NCBI RefSeq assembly: GCF_009914755.1 | Contig: NC_060937.1 | Source: the human T2T-CHM13v2.0 reference genome, Homo sapiens | Length of the DNA: 64,000 nucleotides | Reading direction: 5' to 3' (one strand) | Part shown: positions 14,885 through 27,588 of the stretch, piece by piece | Layout of the letters: the number at the start of each line of letters is the position of its first letter | How positions within the stretch are numbered: position 1 is the stretch's first letter | Made by a program: the position numbers and the translations under genes | Notes under the pieces: generated by a model | The model's database searches: none | The model's input: only the letters and a program-made list of their open reading frames with translations | Told to the model about the DNA's origin: nothing

Positions 14885-16612
14885 TAATTTCTCTCCTGGG
14901 ACAATTTATTAAAGTCTAATTGAGCATCATAAAAGTACAGGAATTACCTTGAATTTTTAAAAAATAGGCTGAATATGGGGAAAGTGTTATTACTGTATTT
15001 GGGTATGAATATTCTTAAAAAATACTCTTCAGAATTTTGGAAATAGCACTGAGAGAGAAAAAATTTTATTTAAATATATGGAATTAGTGTTGAGGTTGAG
15101 AATATATATCAAAAAATTGGACTGACAAGTAGATAGCAGCTTGTTGTTAAAGGGACAATTAGTTATTTGGTCTAAACAATTATCTCCATGAATAGGTGCC
15201 AAACCTCATATACAAACCACCAACACACCCTCTTTTTGGTATTCCATGATAGCTGTTAATGCAAGTTGGGTCATGGTCTAAGGAAAATCAAAACCTACAT
15301 AAAGCAATGGATTTCTCACGTATCTAGTCTTTTAATTTTAACTAGTTGCCTGTTTGGCTGATTGTTGGAGAGTCAGCTTTTATTTTTTAGAATGTTGAAA
15401 AAAATATCACTTCTAGCATCTCTAAATTCAATGAGCAAGTCAGTCATTCATATATCTACAAATGGAAAATTAATATTTTGCTGGTTTGTGTTTTCAATGT
15501 ATAATTCCCATCATTTACAGAAAGCTTGTGGCCGTGTTCAAGTTTTCCAGAACCACACTATTTGCAACTTACTATTTTGGCAGGGTAGATTATTTGATGA
15601 TATATTTGGATGTAAATTCATATTTAAATATAATCAATTCCTAAATATATACTCATGGGCAAGTAAAGAAATATCTTTGAAATGTCTGATGGGCACCCAT
15701 ACTTTTTTCTTTCTTTTGCCTTTAGCCACAACCTTCAAAATACCCTTCCAATTTTTTTTTCTGAGAAGATACTGGATTAGAAAGATATATCAAGAAGATA
15801 TAAGAAATCAAGTTAGAATTTAATTAGTGGGGTCACGTATCTGAGCTTCCTTAGGTCAGAGAAGGTATATACTAGGGGAAAGGAGTGATTATAAAACAAA
15901 ACAACAAAAAAAAAACCATAAGTGAAGTGAGAGTTTATTTTTAATCAGGATGAGGAATAAATAGTGGGTCAGAGAAAATAAAAATAATTTTATTTCTATT
16001 AAAAAAATAGGACCTACATATTATCTTCCTGTATATGTACAATGCCACCGTGATGGAGTAGAATAGCAGCACTATTCATAATGCCTTTCCTATGATTATT
16101 GATATCACAGGAGCTCTTACAAAGTAGAATGGGTCTTCTCCCTTTGTAGTTATAGTTAACTACTTAGACTAGAATATATTTCACTAGAATCAATAACACC
16201 TGTAAGTATCAACATAACTATGCGATGTTCTCTCCTATTTACCAGTCCTATAATTATGGAAGTGTTAAGATATGAGCTTCAGTTTTCTAAATTGCACAAA
16301 CAGGAAAGTAATGTATGCGCTCTTTGTCTTACATTGATAATTTGGAGATCAGATGTAGCAACATATTTGAAATACTTGGAAAAATTAAAAAAAATTACAA
16401 TTAAATATCATTGCTACAGAATATATTGAGAGATTAAAAAAAATCTGAAATTTCCATGTTAGTATCTTTATTTCTTGAGGTCAACTCCTGAAGCTTCTAA
16501 AATGAATTGCATATTGTATCTTTTGTCTTCTGTATGGAAGCCTTCTCTTTCTTTGTTCTTTACTCCTTTTTTATTATGCTTTTAACAGAAGCAAAATAGT
16601 ATTACAATAGAA

Positions 16613-19386
16613 ATGAAATTGGCAAATTATGCCCTGACATGTAAATGTGTCCCAGTCCCTTTTTTGGTTCTGTTTGGGAACTAATAATGATTTTTACATT
16701 TTAAACTGATTAAAAATTTTAAAATAATACTTTATGTCACATGAAAAGTATATGGAACTCAAATTGTATTTTTCATAAATAAAATTTAATTGGGACACAG
16801 CCATGCTCCTTCCTTGATGTATTGTCTATGGCTGTTTTCTTGCTATAGCAACAGAGTTTAATAGCTGCAACAGTCTCCATTCATTGTTTTCACCACTGGT
16901 AGGCAAACCAAAACTTGCAGTGACACAATTATGCCTGGACAGCATTTGGGGTGTCATATTTATCATTGTACTCCGACTTTTTTATGTTTGTTTATACTAG
17001 TACATACTCAACAAGAAAACTTAAGTTTGAGTGTTGTGTTTTTAAGTCATGGTATGACAATTTTTTGGTTACTGAATTAGAAGACAGTTATGTTTATTTT
17101 ACAATGGCACTCTAATGGTATAAAAAGAACATAATGCACATTGACATTGTCAGAATATACCATGCACATACACACATGCTTATCACAGTAATCCCATCTT
17201 ACAAGAAGACAATAATCAGAAAAGTTGAAAATTGAAAATGGAATATCTCATCGTGGAAGAATTTCTTCACACACAAAAAATTCTAATAGTCAAGCAGTAA
17301 GCAAATAAATATTTTGAGTGGCTTACTTGTAAGACAAATGAGAAAAATTCTTTATTAGTAGTGAATCAACTGAATTACATGTGATTGCAGCAGCTGAACA
17401 AATGTAGCTTAAGCTTAAGATAAAAAACTTATTTAAGACTGCAAGCTCTTTAGAGAGAGCAGCTACATAAAGAGAACATTGAGTGTGATATCCATAATCA
17501 ATTAAAAAAACAAGGCAAATATTTTTATTAGTTTTCCTTGGCTCTTGATAGGTTTACAAATTTTACTAATACTGTTTTTGTTTTTGTTGTTGTTGTTGTT
17601 TAACAGATGCGTCACTGTCAACTTGAAAGTGACTGAAGAGTTAAAGTCTATAAATAGATTGTTTGAAACAAGTACAAGAGGCAGTGTTTTCCAAGCGACT
17701 AAGACTTAATTCTGTACAACCCAAAGCAGAATCTGCTAAGATGTGTTAGAACTCATGGTGGTAAAAATTATACATAAAGCAGATAAATAATTAGTTGGGA
17801 AAATTTACAAAGCTTGTGATAGCAAAGGGTGTTTATAGTATCCATTAATTCATTTTATTATTCTTTAGCAGGTACTTGTCAGAAAAATATTTTATACTAT
17901 CATATACAATTTAACTAGAAGTTTATTGATGAATTTGATTTATTTTCCTGGAGTTAACTATTGCCAGGTATGTGAGTTAGAAATATACGTGAAGTAACTT
18001 GACTTTTTCTACCACATCAAAATCTGATGGTTTAGCTGTGGTAAAGTATTACTGGGATTTTATTTTTATTTTTATTTTTTTAGCTCAGGACTAAGACTGA
18101 CATTGTTTTCTGAATGGAAGAACCATCCTTAATTACTATTAGAATATATTTAGTGGCTTTAGTGATTATTTTTATGCAGAATAGGTAATGCTGCTCAGTG
18201 AAATTCAGTGTAAAATTAAAGGGTAAAATAGTATTTCTACGTGAAACTGATATTGCAGTAATGTCATTTTGATGACAACTAACATTATTTGTATTTTAAG
18301 TGACATCAACCTTTTAAAAACATTTCCCATGTGGTCAAATGATAAAATAAAAAAATACATCACCGTTTCAACACAAATTTCTAGTAGTTATATTTTATTA
18401 CATTTTCAGAGGATATTTCAGAATCCACTGAACTGTACAATTGAGGAGGTCTACCTAAACTTCAACTGAAAGTGACTACTTGGTAATGCAATGACGTGAT
18501 TAGAGATAAATGTCAAAGAAATTATCTAATAGACTTCCATAAATGCATTCCAAGGAATAAATATTCTCAATAAAAATATGAGCTTATGAGGCTGGGAGCA
18601 GTTGCTCATGCCTGTAATCCCAGCAATTTTGGAGGCTGAGGCAGGTGGATCATGAGGTCAAGAGATCGAGACCATCCTGGCCAACATAGTGAAACCCCAT
18701 CTCTACTAAAAATACAAAAATTAGCAGGGCATGGTGGCACGTGCCTGTAGTCCCAGCTACTTGGGAGGCTGAGGCAGGGGAATCCCTTGAACTGGAAGGC
18801 GGAGGTTGCAGTGAGCCAAGATCATGCCACTGCACTCCAGCCTGGTGACAGAGCAAGACTCTGTCTCAGAAAAGAAAAAGAAAAAAAAGAGCTCATGTAA
18901 TATCAGTAGCACATAGTACATATTTGTGTGAAAATATTTTCAAAGATAAGATACATGAAATCTCATTTCTTATCAGCATTAACTTATGAAGTATTTCAGT
19001 CACTTGTACTGATAGGGAATACTAACTTTGAGATACAATCAAGCAACTATTAACCTTTACCCCCTCCAAAAGTTTCATTTTGCTAATACACGGTACATAA
19101 ACCTGTACTATGATGAATTAAATTCAATTATTATTTATTTACATAAAATATTTATGTACTTATTAATTTTATTTTATATATTTATATTATTTTATTTTAT
19201 TATTTATTTATTTATTATTTATTTATGTAAAATAAAATAGAAATGATATCTAATACGAAAGTATGTGTAAGAGGTTTATCTCTTGTTATACAAATTTTTA
19301 CATAATATGCCAATTTTGCCTTGTGGCCTACATAGCCTAAAAGATTTACTATCTGGTCCTTTTTGGAAAAAGTTTGCTTATCCCTG
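16613..19386 (+). mobile_element. Near-full-length Cheshire (hAT-Charlie; autonomous partner of MER58) with decayed transposase
   Basis: MER58-type left end ('ggcaaattatgccc...gggacacagccatgc...tattgtctatggctg') and right end ('gcctaaaagatttactatctggtcc...aaaagtttgcttatccctg'); interior gives transposase motif remnants FSLALD (17532-17549), CVRTHGGKN (17742 on), WFSCGKVL (about 18028) and STYLCE (18915-18932). Confidence 0.8.
18590..18888 (+). mobile_element. AluSc-like, inserted in Cheshire
   Basis: 'ggatcatgaggtcaagagatcgagaccatcctggccaaca'; degenerate TSD gagcttatg / gagctcatg. Confidence 0.93.
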
Positions 19387-19958
19387 GTATTGAAGATTTA
19401 GAAGTTAATGTGAACATATCTTTGCAGTTTTTATGACAGTATTAACATTGCATTATTATAAAAGTAGTACGATCATTGGGGGAGTATTAAGGGCTGGAGA
19501 GTGAAAATTGTAAAGCATTGTCTCCTTCCTTTCATCTGCTTTTCCAATGCAGATGGTACATACTCTTTGAATATGATTGATGAGCCGGGGAAGCCTCTTG
19601 CTAGCAGCTCTTGTTTCTGCTCACTACATACATAAGGTAAGAACATAAGCGTGCACAAACACAAAATGTTTTTTTTCTGTTGCTTACTTCTCTCAGAGGC
19701 AGAATGGTAAGTTGATATGAGGTTTTCTCTCAGATATTTTATTTTGTTTGCTTGTATTAGGAGCATCTGCTCACTTGGCCCCTGAGAATTCACAAAGTCT
19801 AATATTTATTGTTCAGTGTTGGCTGCTAGGAGATTTGGACTTGACAATAGAGAAAATATATATTTTTGCAGAAGTTCATCAAATAATAAGCTAGTAATTT
19901 TATTGTGCCTTTGTTGTTGAAACATACCATATATTTTTAAGCACTCAAAAAATTAAGC

Positions 19959-20540
19959 TTTTTTTCTTCCCTACCTCAGATTTATTTGTACAAATAGGAC
20001 AGAGGACACCAGCTCCATGCAGAAGACAGCCCAGGCGTCACATCAGTTCTTCTGTCCTCACACAGGCAGGCAGAGGACTCTACCTCAGAGACAGGGTTTT
20101 GAACTGGAGCTGGGAAGTGAGGCAAAAGACCAAGCCACAGCTTGGGTCCTGGTTTGAGCCTTTGGCCACAAGAGCCTGAGACCTTTGGTGATGAGGGCAC
20201 ACTTCCTGAGCCTCAGGTAGGCAATACAAAGAAGTTGATTGGGCTTCAAGCTGATCCCCTTTGGGGTATTGGGCTTGATTTTCTTTGGCTTTGTGAAGAC
20301 CTTGATACCCTCGACACATGAACTCATAGCCTTGGTATTGTTGGCCTGCATTTTCTTCAGGTCTTGATTAATGTGCCTCTTGGAAAACTACATGTTTCTC
20401 AGAAATTTGGGGTCCACCCACTTAAGAAATTCATATCTTTGTGACTGAGTTTTCTTAATACAATCTCTGTACCATTTTGGGGACTGGTTTTATGTGGTAT
20501 GGTTCTTGAACTTGGCCATGAATACATCATAACCCACCTG
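19959..20540 (-). pseudogene. RPL29: RPL29 processed pseudogene (60S ribosomal protein L29)
   Basis: Minus-strand ATG at 20519 reads [64 protein letters not shown]..., aligning to RPL29 ([66 protein letters not shown]); intronless; two in-frame stops; RPL29-like 3'UTR, AATAAA at 19981-19986 and a poly(A) remnant near 19959-19965. Confidence 0.95.
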
Positions 20541-21870
20541 ATTCAAGTATTCTTTAACAGCTTGATCATAATATTGATTTTATCTCAAAAAAACTGTATT
20601 ATATTTGTTATTTCTAACATTTATAGTTGGTTTCCTAGGGGTTCTATGGAGACTAACCTTTTACAAATGACAAGAATCCTGTTAATATGTCATTTATATC
20701 TTCATAAAGTTGCTGAAATTATCACAAAGCTCTTCAATATTGAAATCGTTTTTTAAAATATTAAATTAACAAGGAGATGGGGGAATAATGTTATGTTACT
20801 TTAATTTAACTGATATTTTTACTTTATTTCCATTGTAAAAGAAGTGAGTGTTTCCGCTTCTTGTTCCATTACTAAGCCAGAAGCAAAAAAATGATGCTGT
20901 TTCCTCAGCCTCATCAGATAGCATCACACACTTTGAGTTAATATGCCTACAATTAGCTTCACATCATATTATTTTTAGTAGCTCTTAGAAGATCTCCCAA
21001 ACACCCAGATTATTGTTTTATCATTATGATTATAGTTTTCCACTATAAGTTAAAATACAGAAGATATGTTAATGGGTATAAAGCATGCAGTTACTTCTAC
21101 TGCATACCAGATCAGAAATCCACTATTTATCACAGACAGCAAAGTCTATGACAAGTTACAGGCTACTATGATGCAAGAACTCTGAGGCTATAAAGATGCA
21201 TATTTCTTCTACTTAAATGCATTATTTTCCACTTATGAATACAAAACAAGACAAAACCTAAAGTGCATTTAGCTACTCTTTTAGAGATTGTCATGGCATA
21301 GAAAATTTATATTCCAGACTTATTTTTGACCTTGATCATTTGAGTTTTATTTCTTCTAAATTTTATTATGAATAAAGTCACAATACCAAAGAAAATAATC
21401 CCCAGAAATAATCAAAATTGGATAAGATTTAATAACACAAAAATTAATAAGACCATAGTGATATTTGGAAGTAACCATTCAGTAAGATAAGGATAATACA
21501 TTAATAGACAAAATAGCCTTAAGATTTGTGCACTGGGAATTCTACATTAAAACATGCATGAGGAGTTGCAAAGCCATCTCCCTAAAAAAATTTACTGTAT
21601 GATTCAGTTCTAGTATTTTGTTCTTAAATATGAAAATTCATTAAAATGTCTTAATAAACAAGCCCTTCAATTTTTAGAACAGATGTTTACATGCATGCTT
21701 CGCTACATTGTGAGTAATATGACAAATGCAATTATCTTTCAAAATGTTGAAATGTTTGCTATGCCAAAATATAAGCATACAATAAGGATTTCCTGAATTT
21801 ACAAATTGTTTTCTCATCTGCATATGATCATGTATATTTTTTCACATCACCTAGTGTGTTCTGTGCCTCT

Positions 21871-22243
21871 TATAAAATAAGCATGTTAAAAGACACTCCC
21901 ACCAGCACCATGAGAGTTTATAGATGTGATGGCAACATCAGGAAGTTATCCTATAGGGTCTAGAAAGAGGAGAAATCCTCCATTCCAGGAATTGCCCACC
22001 CCTTCCCAAAAACTCAGGAATAATCCAACCCTCATTCACAATATAATCAAGAAATAACCATAAAAATGGGCAACCAGCAGCCCTCAGGGAGGCTATGTCT
22101 ATGGAGTAGCCATTTTTTTTATTCCTTTACTATCCTAATAAACTTGTTTTCACTTTACTCTATAGACTCGCCATGAATTCTTTCTTGTGGGAGATCCAAG
22201 AAGCTTCTTTTGGGATCTGGATTGGAAACCCTTTCTAATAACA
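21871..22243 (+). mobile_element. MER41B-like ERV1 LTR, 5'-truncated
   Basis: 'aaaagacactcccaccagcaccatg...ggcaaccagcagccctc...tatggagtagccatt...gagatccaagaa...taaca' matches recalled MER41 and includes the GAS-containing segment characteristic of MER41B. Confidence 0.88.
21983..21991. promoter_or_regulatory. GAS (STAT) motif TTCCAGGAA within MER41B
   Basis: Exact TTCN3GAA match at the position of the known MER41B STAT1 site; motif only, function unproven. Confidence 0.55.
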
Positions 22244-22254
22244 ATATTAGACTA

Positions 22255-24540
22255 GAACCATGATAGTACCACACTGTCTTGATTACTGTAGCTTTACAGT
22301 AGCTTTTAAAATCTGGAATTATGACTTTTCTGTTTATTGTCCCTAATTATATTTTCCTTTTTTTAAATTTTTTCAAACTGCATAATGTTAATTGCCCTGT
22401 TTTCTAGTTCATTGACTCTTTCTCTACCTGTTCATATCTACTGTTTACTCTCTAGTGATTTTTTATTTCAGTTACTGAACTTTTCAGCTGCAGAATTTCT
22501 ACTTGGATTATTTTAATAATTTTATTTCTTTATTATTATTCTCCATTTTGTGAGATATTAGCCTCGTACTTTCCTTTAATTTTGTTTAGAAATTGTGTTG
22601 TTTAGCTCCTTGAACCCATGTAAAATCGCTGAATTCTAGTCATTGTCTAGTAAATTCATCTTATGGGCTTCCTCATAAATGGTTTATAGTTTATATTGAA
22701 TGTTTTATTTTTTCCCCTGTGCATGGATCATAGTTTCTTATTTCTTTATATTTTTATTATTTCTTTTTTTTAGTAAAAACAATATTTAAATCAATACAAT
22801 ATGGAATCTCTGGAAATTAGATCCCCCCTCTTTAAGGGTCTGTTGTTACTACCTGTTGTAGTAGTTTAAGTGACACTTCTGAACTAATCCTGTAAAGTCT
22901 GTATCTTTGAAATGAGTAACCACTAAAGTCTTCACTTGCTTAGTTTCATGGTCACTTAATCATTGGACACAGATTTCCTCAGACACCTGGGAAAATAAGT
23001 CTCCCATTCTCTGCTGTGGGGTCCTGTTTGAGTTTAGAGCATGCCTTCAGCAGTCAGGTACTTGAAAACTCTCCTGAGTCCTCACTTCCTGGTTGCATGA
23101 AATCTCAAGGTAAGGTAGAGGTGTGAACCTAAGACCTCTAAAGGTCTTTCAGGAGAATTTGTACAGCCCAAGCATGTGTATGGCCACCTTGATTCCCAGG
23201 AATATGTTAAACATTTTCCAAGCCCTTAAGGACATCTCATTCCTTGCTTCTTCTTTTAAGTTTTTGTTTAGTCTATTGTTTCCCCGAGCTGTTACCAATC
23301 ACCAGAGAAAGCTGCGATGTTAAGACATGTGACAAATGCTTCCTTGTGGAGAAGTTTTAGTACTGAGCAATTTTGATTGAGGTCACAAAAAAGATAAGTC
23401 TTTTGAACAGGTTCTTCCAGGAAACCACCAGACAGGTTGAATAACATATTTTCACTGGGAATAAAACTTTGAAGGAGCTCTCAATCTGAAACCACTTTGC
23501 AAAAATTGTATCACTGAGAAAATTGGGGCAGTGGGAGAGATCTGATCTAGCCAACCCTCATCTTGCATTTAACCTCCAAGCTGCCCTTAACTATTTCTGG
23601 GTATAGGCCAAACTAACTTTGGGAGACACTTAGTTTACAGTTTAAATGATAGTAGCCCTTTGCCAAACCTCAAATGCATTTGTAAAACTGAGAGACCACT
23701 AGGCTAGAAGGCTACAGGAGCCTGAATTCTGCTAAGGTGTAGACATAAATAATTGTCAGCCATTATTCCAGAGGTCACAAGATACACAACTTTCTCAATT
23801 ACTCCTGCAGATAACATCACTATTGTAGAACCAAAGACTGGCCTTTTGAGATATCTTTTAAGGTTTTTTGCAATGTCCGATGACCAGTGGCTCCAACTGG
23901 ACCCACTGATAATGGCTCCACCTAGACCCACTGACCACTCTTGTGGCCTCACCCAGAAGTGACTCAGCTTGCAAAAGGACCATTTACCATACTCCTATGA
24001 TTGCATGCCCAACCAATCAGCAGCAAGCACCCATTGCCTAGCCACCCCTACCCCTTCCTTCAAACTACTTTTGTAAAACTATAGCCCCAAATGCTCAGAG
24101 AGGTTGATTTGAGTAATAACTTTATCTCCCGCAAGGCGTGGCTGGCCTCACATCAGTTAAACTGTTTCTTTACTGCACTGCCATGGGCTCTGTGAATTGA
24201 TTTTATTTGTGCAGCAGGCAGGAATAACCCATTGGGTTGTTACAGTTCTAGCCTTCTCTATCTAGTACCTGAAAGCAAGTTGTTATTTTTCAAGGTTGCC
24301 AGAGAGCTGGAAAGGGGGCAGGGGAACTGGACTGCAATAGATGAAATTTGTACAAAACTCACTGTTCTTATCAAGGTTCAGCCATCTTTACTGACAAAAT
24401 TGCTTGCTGCAAGACTTTGGTCATTTTAATTTTCAGAGTTATGAAAAATGAAGTTTTATAATTTTTTCTACATTTTCATTATTTTCATTGAGGAGTGAAA
24501 TTTGGATGTCTGTCCTCTGTCATTTTGGTTGACATCTGCT
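22255..24540 (-). mobile_element. Old L1M fragments (short ORF2 piece, then ORF1/5' region), interrupted by LTR8
   Basis: 'gtaccacactgtcttgattactgtagctttacagta' (ORF2) and 'ttttatttcagttactgaacttttcagctgcagaatttctacttgg' (ORF1 region) in reverse. Confidence 0.65.
23487..24244 (+). mobile_element. LTR8-family (LTR8A/LTR8B) ERV1 solo LTR, full length
   Basis: TG...CA termini 'tgaaaccactttgcaaaaatt' to 'acccattgggttgttaca'; interior 'aattactcctgcagataacatcactattgtagaacc' matches LTR8. Confidence 0.88.
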
Positions 24541-27298
24541 TACCGAAGAGTATTTTTAACCAAAAATTTTAGCAGACACAGTGATACTGCTCGGTATGTT
24601 TAAGAAAAAGTTGGAATCATGTATATTTACTGGTTAGTATATATAGCCTTATTCAAACTTACATGTGTACATTATACCACTTTGAAGACTTACAGGCAGG
24701 TATCATGTGTTCAACTATATCATTTACTTTGTAAATAACAGAAACACAACTGAAAATCATACTTCAAATGTGTTCAAAATTCTACATACTTTCATTGTTT
24801 AATAAATGCATTTATGATTCAATAAATTTGAAACATAATTAATCAGTGGTAATATATGTTCACCCAATAAAATATCACAAACATACAAAACTGTTGAGAC
24901 GTCTCAATGAGGAAGGGTTGAACACTTATTTAATTGAAATCAATCAGTATGAAAAAAATTATAAGTTGTAAAATTGTAGTACATTTCAAAAAATTGCTCT
25001 AAGATTTAATTTTTACATTTCCATGAGAAGAAATAGAGGCTATACCTGAACTGTGCTTCTTTAAAAAAGATGACTTCTATAGAAATTTTAAAAAATATTT
25101 TTATTATCTTCAGTACTGTAACTAGAAATCATTGATTCTCTTGATACAGGTCATGAAATGAATGTGTGCATTTCAAAGAAGAAATGGTTAAATAGGAAAA
25201 ATAAAGAATAATGTTTAATGATATATATGGGTTAGTGGAAAATATATAAAATTATTGTTGTAAAGAGATAATTTAGATGTTTTAAAATATAGTGATGAAT
25301 TTCATTGAAAAGAGGTATTGTGTCCCCTAAGGTAATGATATAAGAAACAGTAGTAAATTTTTAAAACATTTGTGGCACTTCTCTAGATTCTAACATTGTT
25401 CACATTTAGCAAGCTAGAGCTTAGTGAGCAAAAGATAAATAACAAATAATAGTAAAGAATTTATAAATTTAGAATCTGGAATTTAAATAAAAGACAACAT
25501 CAGTAATAACTATTATAGCAAATGGGTATTTTGGAAATAATGTTTATAATTTGCTAAATTACTAAAATACATGTGGATTTAAAATGTTGACTGTTTATGG
25601 CTAATATCATAATATCTTGGAAAACCAGAACCTCTATGGTGTAATTTTAGGACTATCTACCAGGAAAATATTTTTTCTAAGAAATTACTCTCCAAGTTTT
25701 TTGTATTCATTCCTTAAATGTAAATCATTTTTACATCATTTTGCTATTCACATAAAGCTAGTGTGAAATTATATTTCCAATTTGAAAAGAGCAGGAAATT
25801 GAAAGTTCAGTGTCAATTAACCTCACAGATAAAATTAGTTTATCAATTTCTACAAAAAAATAGTACCCTGAGGAAATGGAGCATCGAAAAAGGCCTCTAG
25901 ACTAATGGAATTTTTGGGATAATGAAAAATTCTAGAAGTAGATCTGGATTTTGTGTGAAGGGACAATGACTGCCACATGTGGCTGCATGAATCACCTGTG
26001 TGTCTTTGTGGTGTGCCAAAATATAGGAGGATGATGGCAAGAATAGAGGGAAGATGATCTTACAGCTTGATTGGCTCTACTCTTTTGACCTATTTGTTCA
26101 AATTACTGTGTTCTGGTTACTTCATTTTTGAAAAATATCTAGGGACTGTGAGATGCTGCGGTGATAACAGATTTAAGCAATATCTGTGGGAGGCCAAACT
26201 CTGCCATACATAGTCTCTGAGAACATTCATTATTTCTTTCAACTCCAAAGTCAAATTCTTCTTTGGTAAATTGAGGATGTTTATTTCCGTGATCCCTTTC
26301 TAATCTTGGATTCCAGATGAAATCATTATCACTCCCAAAATTCTTGCTTAAAAACACTAGGCTATAAAAGAACTTCAGAGAAAATTTTATCTTAAATTTG
26401 ACAATAAGGAAAAAATGGGTAAACTATTTTTCCGATGTCACATAAGGGTAAAAGACTGTGTAGAGGAATATTTATTTTAATTCTAATTACTATATACCAT
26501 GGGTTAAAGTTCTGAGACTTAGTGAAGCTATATGTTAACTTGTAGGCTTTTGGAGAAAAGTAGATTTTGTACAGATGCAAATAATTTTTGTCTGAAGGAA
26601 AAAATAAGCCCCCAAATATATGCTTTATGATGCCTTTGGATATTACCTAGCTTTGTAACTAGGCTAGTAGGTTTATCCTACTAATGCCCCAAAACAATCA
26701 GTTTTTAAAATGTTTTTGAGTCTATTTTACTATCCTACTGGCTTCTTTATTAATTTCAATAAAATATTTGGCAAATATATTTATATTTATATGAGACATA
26801 TTTTAAAATACTTTAGAAATATATTTTTTAAATTTCTTTTCAATTATAACGACTATCTTCAGAGAAAAATGATATTCTCTCTCTCTCCCCAAACTTCCTA
26901 TTATTACAGACATTATTCATAATAGGTAGATATTATATATTAGCTTTAATAAATTAGAATATAATATTGGAGCATATACTCTTCTAAGTGGCCTGTGTTA
27001 AGATAATTTTGTTTAAGTAGAGATGACAGAGATTCTGCTTGCAAAAATATGGTAGAGAAGCACCATTAAGGTCAAATATGTTGATATATCACTAACATAT
27101 TGAGAATGTAGGGAAAACATTTGAATTTTTCTGTTCATGTTTTTTTCCCATTACAGATATATCATTTTTTCTTAGGCACTTCTGAAAATATAAGTCATTA
27201 TGACCACATCTAGACTTATTACACAGCATATTTAGAAGCGAGACCATGTAGTATGTCCTTTTTTGAAAAGCATCACATTTGATTAAGATCTAAAAGCT

Positions 27299-27588
27299 AG
27301 CTGGGAGCAGTGGCTTCCACCTGTAGTCTACCGTACTTTGGGAGGCTAAGATGGGCAGATTGCTTGGGCCCAGCTACTGTAGACCAGGCTGGGCAACATG
27401 GAGAAACAGTGTCTCCACAAAAAACTACAAAAATTAGCGGGGTGTGATGGCATGCACCTGTAGTCCCAGCTACTCGAGAGGCTGAGATGGATCACTTGAG
27501 CCCTGGAGATCCAGTGAGCCACAATCATGCTGCACTTCAGCCAGCACAACAGAGTGAGACACTGTAACAACAACAACAACAAGAACAA
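27299..27588 (+). mobile_element. AluJ with (CAA)n tail
   Basis: Diverged dimeric Alu; TSD atctaaaagct / atctaaaagtt. Confidence 0.9.

Noticed and set aside
15362-15823. 153-aa plus-strand ORF
   Set aside because: Non-ATG start, F/L/I/K-biased AT-rich composition and no recognisable domain
19982-20351. Overlapping minus-strand ORFs as a functional gene
   Set aside because: They are frames of the RPL29 pseudogene, which has two premature stops upstream
24894-24907. 14-bp perfect palindrome ttgagacgtctcaa
   Set aside because: Seven-bp arms are expected by chance in 64 kb
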